From an uncultured archaeon (lineage in GTDB: Archaea; Aenigmatarchaeota; Aenigmatarchaeia; GW2011-AR5; JAHLMP01), in contig CAYRXY010000001.1 of the NCBI GenBank assembly GCA_964428495.1, positions 33,473 through 97,472 of the forward strand: a stretch of 64,000 bases of DNA, read 5' to 3'. This document shows, one piece after another, positions 8,738 through 16,098 of this stretch. A program made the translations under genes and the position numbers. Numbering within the stretch: the first letter of the stretch is position 1; each line of letters opens with the position of its first letter. The notes under the pieces were generated by a model. That model ran no database searches. It was not told the origin of the DNA and worked only from the letters and a program-made list of their open reading frames with translations.

Positions 8738-9247
8738 ATGTTTGAAGAAGATAGAAATAGTTGGATATTTTTCGTGGCGATTGTTTTAGTCTATATAATA
8801 TTTTATTTTTTCTCACCTATGCTTTGGTTAAAGTCTGTTATGGTATTTTGGGACACGATTGTTAAAATAATCCCTATCTTTATATTTGTATATCTAATAA
8901 TGCTTCTAACAAACTATTACGTTACACCAAAAGTGGCTGTTAAGTATCTTAGTAGATCTTCTGGATTAAAAAGGTGGATAGTATCTGTTATTGGTGGAAT
9001 AATATCTACTGGCCCAATCTATATGTGGTATCCAATGCTAAAGGACTTGAAAGAAAGGGGAGTTAGTTATGGGTTCATAGCTGCATTTTTGTATGCTCGG
9101 GCTATAAAACCAGCGTTAATACCTTTAATGATATTTTATTTCGGTCTAAAGCTTACTATTATAGTAACAGTTGTTATGATCATATTTTCCATTTTACAAG
9201 GAATTTTTGTTGAATTATTAGTTAAAGACGAGGTGATGAAAAGATGA
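8738..9247 (+). CDS. Membrane protein, second half-size permease unit, related to the upstream ORF
   Basis: 169 aa, 4-5 TM. Motif TGPIYMWYPMLKDLKERGVSYGFIAAFLYA parallels the motif in 8312-8734. Starts 3 nt after the previous stop. Confidence 0.45.
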   Translation: MFEEDRNSWIFFVAIVLVYIIFYFFSPMLWLKSVMVFWDTIVKIIPIFIFVYLIMLLTNYYVTPKVAVKYLSRSSGLKRWIVSVIGGIISTGPIYMWYPMLKDLKERGVSYGFIAAFLYARAIKPALIPLMIFYFGLKLTIIVTVVMIIFSILQGIFVELLVKDEVMKR

Positions 9248-9555
9248 AAATAGCTGTTGCATCCAATGGAAAGGACGAGAATTCACAGATAAGTCCAGTC
9301 GGTGGAAGAGCGCCATACTATCTTATTTTTGAAGGGAAAACGCTCACAAAAGTAATAAGTAATCCATTCAGAATAGGTGGTGGTGCTGGATGGGGAGTAG
9401 CAAGAATGTTAGCGGATGAGGAAGTTAATGTTGTTGTGGTCGGTAGGTTAGGAGAAAACATGAAAGCTGCTCTCGCTGAGAATGGAATAAAATGTATAGA
9501 AATGTCTGGAACAGTAAAGGATGCGGTAGAGTCTATAAGTGGTAAGAATGCCTAG
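9244..9555 (+). CDS. NifX/NifB-C-terminal-like (dinitrogenase FeMo-cofactor-binding domain family) small protein
   Basis: 103 aa. MKIAVASNG...GRAPYYLIFE...VNVVVVG...ENGIKCIE pattern of the small NifX/NafY-like fold. ATGA overlap with the upstream gene, SD GAGGTGAT. Confidence 0.7.
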   Translation: MKIAVASNGKDENSQISPVGGRAPYYLIFEGKTLTKVISNPFRIGGGAGWGVARMLADEEVNVVVVGRLGENMKAALAENGIKCIEMSGTVKDAVESISGKNA

Positions 9556-9958
9556 ACCAAAAATTAGAAGAAGAATTTATTTTATTCCAAATTTTGGAGG
9601 CTTTGGGCCAAGGGGAGTAGATACAAGAACTTTTGTTGAGCTTACATTAGATGAGATAGAGGCAATACGGTTGAAAGATTTTGAAGGAATGACTCAAGAA
9701 GAAGCTGCCAAGAAGATGAATGTAAGCCAACCTACTTTTAACAGGCTATTACAATCTGCTAGAAAAAAGATTGCTGAAGCACTTGTTGAAGGCAAAAACA
9801 TAACATTCAGTGGTGGTGATGTTCTTCCACCAAGAGGTAGAGGATCAACTAGATACTGTGTATGTCCGGTTTGTGGGCATGTCCAGTTGAAACAATCTGG
9901 AGTTCCTTGCTCAAGTATAAAATGTGAGAAGTGTGGGTCTCGAATGATTAGAGGTTAG
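9548..9958 (+). CDS. DUF134 (UPF0251) DNA-binding protein with C-terminal zinc ribbon
   Basis: Starts MPRPKIRRR, the typical DUF134 N-terminus. HTH LTLDEIEAIRLKDFEGMTQEEAAKKMNVSQPTFNRLLQSARKKIAEAL. C-terminal CPVCGH...CEKCGS. The track start (GTG 9539) was trimmed to ATG 9548. Confidence 0.8.
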   Translation: MPRPKIRRRIYFIPNFGGFGPRGVDTRTFVELTLDEIEAIRLKDFEGMTQEEAAKKMNVSQPTFNRLLQSARKKIAEALVEGKNITFSGGDVLPPRGRGSTRYCVCPVCGHVQLKQSGVPCSSIKCEKCGSRMIRG

Positions 9959-10011
9959 TTTCAAAAATTGAAACCTAGCTTTAAAAATGGTTTCATTCTA
10001 ACCTTTTCAGT

Positions 10012-10692
10012 ATGATGAGTAATCTACTACCTCAGATAATTTCGCTTGCATCTGTGGATGCAATTAATCCATGCACTCTTGCAGTACAAGTTATTTTACT
10101 TGGTGGGTTAGTAGCAACTAAGGGTAGGCGCCATGCTCTACTAGGGGGATTGTTATTTTCATTTACCGTATTTGTAGTGTATTTCCTGTATGGATTTGGT
10201 ATTTTACAAATTCTCTACAATCTTGGTTTACAAAATATATTTCTGTATATTCTTCTTAGCCTCCTTGTTGTTATGATGCTTTTGGAATTTTCAGGTTACT
10301 TTTCATATAAGCCTGGGTTTAGATCGTTAGAAATGCCAATGAAATTCAGACCTATTGCTCAAAGACTTTTAAAATCTATTGAAAATCCTTGGTTCACAAT
10401 TCCAGTAGCATTTCTATGCTCGGTTTTATTACTGCCATGTTCCTCCGGACCATACTTAACAATGCTACTATATTTAGTTAATACTGAAGTGGAGAAGTTT
10501 TGGGTGTTATTGTTTTACAATGCAATATTTGTTTTTCCAATGATACTAATAACATTACTTGTTGCATTTGGAACTTCACCCGAAAAAATAAAGGAGTGGC
10601 GAAACAAGCATATTAGGGAGCTTCACCTAATCTCTGGCATTCTATTATTAATAGTTTTTCTATACACCATTTATACAATGGTGAGTATATGA
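10012..10692 (+). CDS. ccdA: CcdA/DsbD-family transmembrane thiol-disulfide electron transporter
   Basis: 226 aa, about 6 TM. Two membrane-embedded conserved Cys contexts (DAINPCTLAV and LLPCSSGPY), as in CcdA. Confidence 0.7.
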   Translation: MMSNLLPQIISLASVDAINPCTLAVQVILLGGLVATKGRRHALLGGLLFSFTVFVVYFLYGFGILQILYNLGLQNIFLYILLSLLVVMMLLEFSGYFSYKPGFRSLEMPMKFRPIAQRLLKSIENPWFTIPVAFLCSVLLLPCSSGPYLTMLLYLVNTEVEKFWVLLFYNAIFVFPMILITLLVAFGTSPEKIKEWRNKHIRELHLISGILLLIVFLYTIYTMVSI

Positions 10693-11186
10693 AGAGAGTG
10701 CTACTTTTTATGCCATTTCTTTTACTTATATTTTCGCTCGGATGTGTTTCTCAGAGTTCAAGTGAAGTAGTTCCAGACACTATATACATAATTTATTCTC
10801 CTTCATGCCCACATTGTCATACTCTCATCAATTATATAGATTCGTTAAATCTAAACATAGACGTCAAAAAAACCACTAATGGTGGTGACTATGTTAATTT
10901 TCTTAAACTACATGGTATTAATTGGGACGGTGGAGTTCCTTTGACATTTTCACTCTTAAAAAACGGGACACTTATTACAATAAGTGGATATCCATCGTCA
11001 TCACAAGAGAAAGATGGTTATTTTATCAATATGGAGTATGAGAAATCTATGTGCGAAAGAATGGGCGGTTCAGCAGTTTTTATCAATTCGACTTATAAAT
11101 TCTGTAAGTTACCGAACGGTATGTTATTAGGAAATAGGTATTCTATAGGTTATCTTATCAATTTGATAAAGAGAGATTTATCCTAA
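10689..11186 (+). CDS. Secreted thioredoxin-fold protein (CPHC active site), probable lipoprotein
   Basis: 165 aa. Signal peptide ending in a lipobox-like FSLGC. Thioredoxin-type motif YSPSCPHCH. ATGA overlap with ccdA, SD GGTGAG. Confidence 0.65.
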   Translation: MKRVLLFMPFLLLIFSLGCVSQSSSEVVPDTIYIIYSPSCPHCHTLINYIDSLNLNIDVKKTTNGGDYVNFLKLHGINWDGGVPLTFSLLKNGTLITISGYPSSSQEKDGYFINMEYEKSMCERMGGSAVFINSTYKFCKLPNGMLLGNRYSIGYLINLIKRDLS

Positions 11187-11244
11187 ATCGATTGTTTATG
11201 GATGTAAGAGTGTTTAAATTTTATACTAAATTATTTTTTATCTA

Positions 11245-11364
11245 GGGCCTGTGGTCTAGCGGCATCCGCGAAGGCCGGGAGGCCTTCGGTCTTTCCGGCC
11301 AAGGGCCGAAAATGACGTCGCCTTCACGCGGCGAAGGTCCCCGGTTCAAATCCGGGCAGGCCCA
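11245..11364 (+). tRNA. tRNA-Val (anticodon CAC) with a ~48-nt GC-rich insertion (intron) in the D-arm
   Basis: Acceptor GGGCCTG/CAGGCCC with discriminator A. Anticodon arm TCGCC-TTCACGC-GGCGA (CAC at 11325-11327). T-arm CCCGG-TTCAAAT-CCGGG. The D-stem 5' strand GTCT + AGCGGCA is separated from the D-stem 3' strand TGAC by about 11265-11312. Exact splice sites are ambiguous by 1 nt. Confidence 0.7.
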
Positions 11365-11388
11365 TTTAAAATTTTCGTTTCGACATTT

Positions 11389-11676
11389 GTGGAAGTATTA
11401 AGAAAACGCTTAAAAAGATTTTTGAATTTGCTTTTTGATATGATAAACGAAACTGAAAAATATATATCTAGGCTTACAGAGGTTTTAGGGATTGATGTGG
11501 ATACGATAAAGGATGGTTGTGTTGCAGTAATTGGTAGCTCTGGTTATGAAGCAATTAATTTAGCAAAAGGGATTATTGAAAATTTAGAAAACGGTAATTA
11601 CGAAACCAGAGAGGAAATCGAAAGAGATATTCAGAAGGTCCAAGATTTGGTAGAGTTTTATAATTTCTGGGACTAA
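11389..11676 (+). CDS. Hypothetical protein
   Basis: 95-aa ORF with a GTG start 24 nt after tRNA-Val (alternative ATG at 11440). No family recognised. Confidence 0.4.
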   Translation: MEVLRKRLKRFLNLLFDMINETEKYISRLTEVLGIDVDTIKDGCVAVIGSSGYEAINLAKGIIENLENGNYETREEIERDIQKVQDLVEFYNFWD

Positions 11677-11695
11677 ATAACAATTAGTGATATTG

Positions 11696-12517
11696 ATGTG
11701 TGATGTGATATTGGTAAAGTTGGGTGGATCTGTAATAACAGATAAAACAAAGCCATACACACCGAGAGTCGATGTTATTAAAAGACTTGTACAGGAAATT
11801 CATGAGGCGAGACGGGAAAAAGATTTTGGGATTGTTGTTGGTCATGGGGGCGGTTCTTATCCACATTTACCGGCAAAGGAGTATCAAACACAGCTAGGAA
11901 TAATAAATGAAAAAAGCTATGAGGGAATCGCTAAAGTTCAACATGCCGCCGCTACATTGAACAGACTTGTTGTTAGAGAACTTATTGCTGCAAAGGAGAA
12001 TGCGATGTCTATTCAGTTATCAAGCTGTTCTGTTGCGAAGAATGGTAAAATTTATTATATGTATTTAGAACCGGTAAAATTACTCTTAAAATATAATATG
12101 GTCCCGGTTCCTTATGGTGATGTCGGTCTCGATTTAGAAAAGGGATGTTCAATATTATCTACAGAAGAGGTTCTGAGGTACATAGGAGAAAATATTCATA
12201 AAATTGAGAAGGAATTTGTTCCAAAGAAAATTATTGTTGTAGGCGAAGTCGATGGTGTTTTTACTGGAGATCCACACAAAGATAAGAATGTTAAATTGAT
12301 ACCTAGAATTTCAAGTGATAATATAGAAGAGGTCGGTAAGTATCTTGCTGGGTCGTCCGGAATAGATGTTACAGGAGGAATGAAGCATAAAGTAGAAAAG
12401 ATGTTGGAGCTTGCAGAGAAAGGAATCAAATCTCAAATAATTAATGGACTAGTGCCTGGTAATCTGAAGAAGGCTTTGTTAGATAAAAAAGTAAAGGGTA
12501 CGATAATTGAGGTGTAG
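11696..12517 (+). CDS. ipk: Isopentenyl phosphate kinase (archaeal mevalonate pathway)
   Basis: Amino-acid-kinase fold motifs ILVKLGGSVITDK and VVGHGGGSYPH. Directly followed by IDI-2. Start moved from the GTG inside GTGAT (11687) to ATG 11696. Confidence 0.8.
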   Translation: MCDVILVKLGGSVITDKTKPYTPRVDVIKRLVQEIHEARREKDFGIVVGHGGGSYPHLPAKEYQTQLGIINEKSYEGIAKVQHAAATLNRLVVRELIAAKENAMSIQLSSCSVAKNGKIYYMYLEPVKLLLKYNMVPVPYGDVGLDLEKGCSILSTEEVLRYIGENIHKIEKEFVPKKIIVVGEVDGVFTGDPHKDKNVKLIPRISSDNIEEVGKYLAGSSGIDVTGGMKHKVEKMLELAEKGIKSQIINGLVPGNLKKALLDKKVKGTIIEV

Positions 12518-12519
12518 TT

Positions 12520-13536
12520 ATGAAAATTCAAGACAGAAAGCTAGATCACATAAAAATTTGTTTGAAGAAGAATGTTGAAAGAGGTTCTACTGGTTTTGAG
12601 GATGTAAAGCTCATCCATTCATCTCTTCCAGAGGTTGATTTTAATTCTATAAAATTGGAAACGAAATTTTTAGGGAAAAAAATAAATTATCCTATAGTAA
12701 TAGAAGCTATGACTGGTGGTTGTAAGGAAGCAGAAAGAATCAACAAGACGTTAGCAAGTGTTGCACAAGAGCTTGGTATTGCCTTTGGTGTTGGAAGTCA
12801 GAGAGCTGCAATAAAAGATAATTCATTGTCAAAAACCTACTACGTAAGGGATGTTGCACCAGATATATTTTTGATCGGTAATATGGGTCTGCTTCCTAAG
12901 ATGAATGTTGAAAAATATCAAGAAGCTATTGATATGATTGATGCGGATGCGTTAGCCATTCATCTAAATCCACTACAAGAAATAGCTCAACCAGAGGGTG
13001 ATATTGATTGGAATGGCGGATTGGAAAGAATAAAGAAAATATGCAAACACGTGAATAAGCCAGTAATAGTCAAAGAAACTGGAGCTGGAATTAATGCTTC
13101 TGTTGCAATCAAGCTCGAAGATTCTGGCGTCTCTGTTATAGATGTATCTGGTTATGGTGGTACAAACTGGCTTGTTGTTGAAGAGTTTAGAAGTAAAAAG
13201 AATATGAGACCATTTGAAGAATGGGGAATCCCGACAGCAGTTTCTCTTTATACAGTTCACCGAGTAGTCGGAGTTCCAGTAATAGCATCTGGTGGAATAA
13301 GGAATGGTCTCGATGCAGCTAAAGCCTTGGTAATGGGAGCTGATATGGTGGGCGTTGCACAACCTCTATTAAGAGAGGTTGTTAAAGGAAGGAAATATGT
13401 CTTAAATTGGTTAAAAAATTTCATTGATGAAATTAAGACGGCATTCTTCTTAATCGGAGCAAAAAATCTTAATGATGCTAGAAATAAACAATACGTGATT
13501 CTTGGAAGAACAAAGGAATGGATAGAACAATTATGA
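12520..13536 (+). CDS. fni: Isopentenyl-diphosphate delta-isomerase, type 2 (FMN-dependent)
   Basis: 338 aa. N-terminal RKLDHIKIC, then AMTGG, GVGSQR, ASGGIRNGLD motifs of IDI-2. SD GAGGTG upstream. Confidence 0.85.
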   Translation: MKIQDRKLDHIKICLKKNVERGSTGFEDVKLIHSSLPEVDFNSIKLETKFLGKKINYPIVIEAMTGGCKEAERINKTLASVAQELGIAFGVGSQRAAIKDNSLSKTYYVRDVAPDIFLIGNMGLLPKMNVEKYQEAIDMIDADALAIHLNPLQEIAQPEGDIDWNGGLERIKKICKHVNKPVIVKETGAGINASVAIKLEDSGVSVIDVSGYGGTNWLVVEEFRSKKNMRPFEEWGIPTAVSLYTVHRVVGVPVIASGGIRNGLDAAKALVMGADMVGVAQPLLREVVKGRKYVLNWLKNFIDEIKTAFFLIGAKNLNDARNKQYVILGRTKEWIEQL

Positions 13537-13719
13537 GCGATTCTTTGCAAGTCTGACTATATGTCCTGCTACTTTGTTTCTCATCTTTTTTGATTCAAAT
13601 ATTTCAAGCTCGCTCAATACGGACTTGTTCTTTTCAAAATCATCTGAAAATCTCTCTGTATATTTTTCTACAAGTTGTCTTGCCATTCTTTTTATCTCTT
13701 TAGTTTTTATTCTTCCCAT
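13531..13719 (-). CDS. rps17e: 30S ribosomal protein S17e
   Basis: MGRIKTKEIKRMARQLVEKYTERFSDDFEKNK... matches the S17e N-terminal pattern. Start trimmed to the MGRIK Met (track start 13728). Confidence 0.85.
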   Translation of the reverse strand: MGRIKTKEIKRMARQLVEKYTERFSDDFEKNKSVLSELEIFESKKMRNKVAGHIVRLAKNRS

Positions 13720-13836
13720 ATTCACCACTTTCTAAAGATTATTAATTAAAGTTTAAATTTATTAATTGAAGGGTTGTAGTTTTTGTATTGAGTTTTATCC
13801 TAAAAAGATCCTTGTTAAGAGTAATGAATTCAATGA

Positions 13837-13974
13837 AAGGGCTATCGGTATTCAGTCGTTCTTAATGAAGAGGAATGCATAGGTTGTAGACAATGTGAAT
13901 ACTTATGTATCGACTTTGCAATATACGTTACGAAGCGTAAAAACGGTAATTTAAATCTAAGTTTCTCAAATTAG
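13837..13974 (+). pseudogene. Start-less 4Fe-4S ferredoxin-motif fragment (gene relic)
   Basis: Open frame KGYRYSVVLNEEECIGCRQCEYLCIDFAIYVTKRKNGNLNLSFSN* carries CxxCxxCxxxC but has no in-frame ATG, GTG or TTG. An ATG at 13833 lies one frame off (MNSMKGLSVFSRS*). Confidence 0.4.
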
Positions 13975-13978
13975 AAAT

Positions 13979-14962
13979 ATGCGGGTACATATTACCAAGT
14001 CAATTATTGGATATTTTGCGTTTAATGATTCAGGAGATCTTATATTCTACAAATTATTTAGACGCTCACCTTCATTTGTCTTGAAAAGAATGAAGAAAGG
14101 ATTTGATAATGATTTTCTAAATAACTTAAAAGATTATGAAGTTGTTGAAGATGAATTCGGCTATAAGATTATGAGGAAAAAATTAAGAGAGCTTGCACTA
14201 TATCTAGGATTTACCGGATCGAACGAGGAGCTAAACAATTTCATAGTTCAACTTGGTATTGAGATGAGTAAAGAAAAATTGAAATCGTCTTTAACAAAAG
14301 ATAAACTCATTATACAGGCATCAAGATCATTAGATGATCTAAAAAAGTCAATAAACTTATTGATAGAGCATTTCAAAGAATGGTATTGGATTCATTATCC
14401 AGAATTGAAAGTTGATAATGAAAAACTTGTTGAGATTGTTTCAAAATATGGAAGAAGGGAGAACGTTCCTGATTTTTCGAAGAGTTTAGGTTTGAATATT
14501 GATGAGAAAGATGAAGAAATTTTGAAGGAATTCGCTGATACATTAAAAAGACTCTATCTACTGAGAAGGAAGATGGAAAGATATATCGAGGAGACCTTAA
14601 ATGTGATTGCTCCGAATTTTTCATCTCTCATCGAGAAGCCAATTGCTGCAAGATTGCTTGCATTAGCAGGGTCGTTAGAAAAACTTGCGAAGATGTCTTC
14701 GTCAACAATTCAGCTTCTTGGTGCTGAAAAAGCCTTGTTCAGACATTTGAGAAATAAACGAATGAAACCACCAAAACATGGCGTAATATTTGACAGTTAT
14801 TGGATCAGGAATGCTCCAAGGGATAAGCACGGTAAGGTTGCACGCATATTGGCATCGAAACTATCGATAGCTGTTAAAATAGATTTTTACTCTGGTCGCG
14901 ATGAGTCAGAACGGCTGAAAAAGGAAATGAGGGAAGAAATAAAGAAGGTGATGAAGAAGTGA
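13979..14962 (+). CDS. nop5: C/D box snoRNP core protein Nop5 (Nop56/58)
   Basis: 327 aa. C-terminal Nop domain (LLGAEKALFRHLR...PPKHGVIF). Immediately followed by, and overlapping, the fibrillarin gene. Confidence 0.9.
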   Translation: MRVHITKSIIGYFAFNDSGDLIFYKLFRRSPSFVLKRMKKGFDNDFLNNLKDYEVVEDEFGYKIMRKKLRELALYLGFTGSNEELNNFIVQLGIEMSKEKLKSSLTKDKLIIQASRSLDDLKKSINLLIEHFKEWYWIHYPELKVDNEKLVEIVSKYGRRENVPDFSKSLGLNIDEKDEEILKEFADTLKRLYLLRRKMERYIEETLNVIAPNFSSLIEKPIAARLLALAGSLEKLAKMSSSTIQLLGAEKALFRHLRNKRMKPPKHGVIFDSYWIRNAPRDKHGKVARILASKLSIAVKIDFYSGRDESERLKKEMREEIKKVMKK

Positions 14963-15615
14963 GGGAGATATTTAACGGAATATTTAAATCTGGAAAAAAA
15001 CTGTACACACAAAACTTGATACCGGGAGAAAAGGTTTATGGGGAGAACTTAATCAGAAAGGGAAAGAAGGAATATCGAGAGTGGAGTCCAGAAAGAAGTA
15101 AACTGGCCGCTGCTATTCTCAATGGATTAAACAATGTGCCGTTAGGGGCAGGCACTAAGGTTCTTTATCTTGGTGCATCGACTGGAACGACATGCTCTCA
15201 TATTTCTGACATCGTTGGAAGGGAAAGTATTGTTTATGCGGTCGAGTTTGCAGAGCGTGTTTTTCGTGAGTTGGTCAAACTTGCAGAAAAAAGAAAGAAT
15301 ATCTGTCCGATTCTTGCCGATGCAAGAAAGCCACAAGAGTATGATTGGATTGAAGAGGTTGATGTTGTCTATTGTGATGTGGCTCAACCTGATGAAACAA
15401 AGATAGTGATGAGGAACGCTGAGAAATTTCTAAAGGCTGGTGGATGGTTGATGCTGGCTGTAAAGGCAAGGTCGATTGACGTGACAAAAAAGCCGAAAGA
15501 AATTTATGAAGAGGAAAAGAAGAAATTAGAAAAGGAATTTGAGATTATTAATCTTGTTGAGCTTGAACCATTTGAAAAAGACCATTGTTTTATTCTTGCT
15601 AGGAAGAAGAGTTAA
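14959..15615 (+). CDS. flpA: Fibrillarin-like rRNA/tRNA 2'-O-methyltransferase
   Basis: 218 aa. SKLAAAIL and the SAM motif VLYLGASTGTTCSHISDIVG. The GTG start overlaps the nop5 stop (GTGA). Confidence 0.9.
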   Translation: MREIFNGIFKSGKKLYTQNLIPGEKVYGENLIRKGKKEYREWSPERSKLAAAILNGLNNVPLGAGTKVLYLGASTGTTCSHISDIVGRESIVYAVEFAERVFRELVKLAEKRKNICPILADARKPQEYDWIEEVDVVYCDVAQPDETKIVMRNAEKFLKAGGWLMLAVKARSIDVTKKPKEIYEEEKKKLEKEFEIINLVELEPFEKDHCFILARKKS

Positions 15616-15627
15616 GGTTAATTTAAA

Positions 15628-15699
15628 AGCCCCGGGAGGGACTTGAACCCCCGACCTGCTGCTTACGAGGCAGCCGCTCTACCACTGAGCTACCGGGGC
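15628..15699 (-). tRNA. tRNA-Thr (anticodon CGU)
   Basis: Reverse strand GCCCCGG TA GCTC AGTGGTA GAGC G GCTGC CTCGTAA GCAGC AGGTC GGGGG TTCAAGT CCCTC CCGGGGC T. Anticodon CGT, discriminator U. Confidence 0.9.
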
Positions 15700-15809
15700 T
15701 TTGATAATAGTTTATTAGGAATTTTAATATTGGTTTGGTGAGGAATTGATTTAAAAGAAAAATACCGGTCGATATTTAAAATTTCTCTAATACTAAATAA
15801 TAGAAATAT

Positions 15810-15921
15810 GCTGGGGTGGCCGAGTGGACCAAGGCGCCAGCTTGGAGTCGAAGGAATATTAATCTGACGAGAAATAGCTGGTGGGCTTCTGCCCTCGCAG
15901 GTTCGAATCCTGCCCCCAGCG
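15810..15921 (+). tRNA. tRNA-Ser (anticodon GGA) with a 28-nt intron at the canonical 37/38 position
   Basis: Class II tRNA: acceptor GCTGGGG/CCCCAGC with G73, D-arm GCCG-AGTGGACCA-AGGC, anticodon stem CCAGC/GCTGG, loop TTGGAG|intron 15848-15875|A, long variable arm TGGGCTTCTGCCCTC, T-arm GCAGG-TTCGAAT-CCTGC. Confidence 0.8.
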
Positions 15922-16098
15922 CTTTTACTTCTTTTTAGTGTAAAAGAAAGGTTTAAATTCTGGATAGGTATAATAGTTAAACGATCTGATGTACGCCATC
16001 TTACCCTTCGATTTTTGGTTGCGTTGAGTAGGACAGGTAGTTTTGTGGCAAAAAAGAAGGGTGGAAAAATAAATTGAGAAAATAACATATTTTCTTTT

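Noticed and set aside
9958-9975. Short inverted repeat TTCAA-AAA-TTGAA immediately after the DUF134 stop, considered as a terminator or a third operator
   Set aside because: It has only 5-bp arms in very AT-rich sequence, and its half-site differs from the TGAAT-N4-ATTCA palindromes upstream of the operon. This is not enough to call a feature.
15690-16088. 132-aa minus-strand ORF in the track
   Set aside because: It runs straight across tRNA-Ser (15810-15921) and into tRNA-Thr (15628-15699). Its 'protein' is the antisense or sense read-through of structured RNA genes and spacer, and it has no start-site context.
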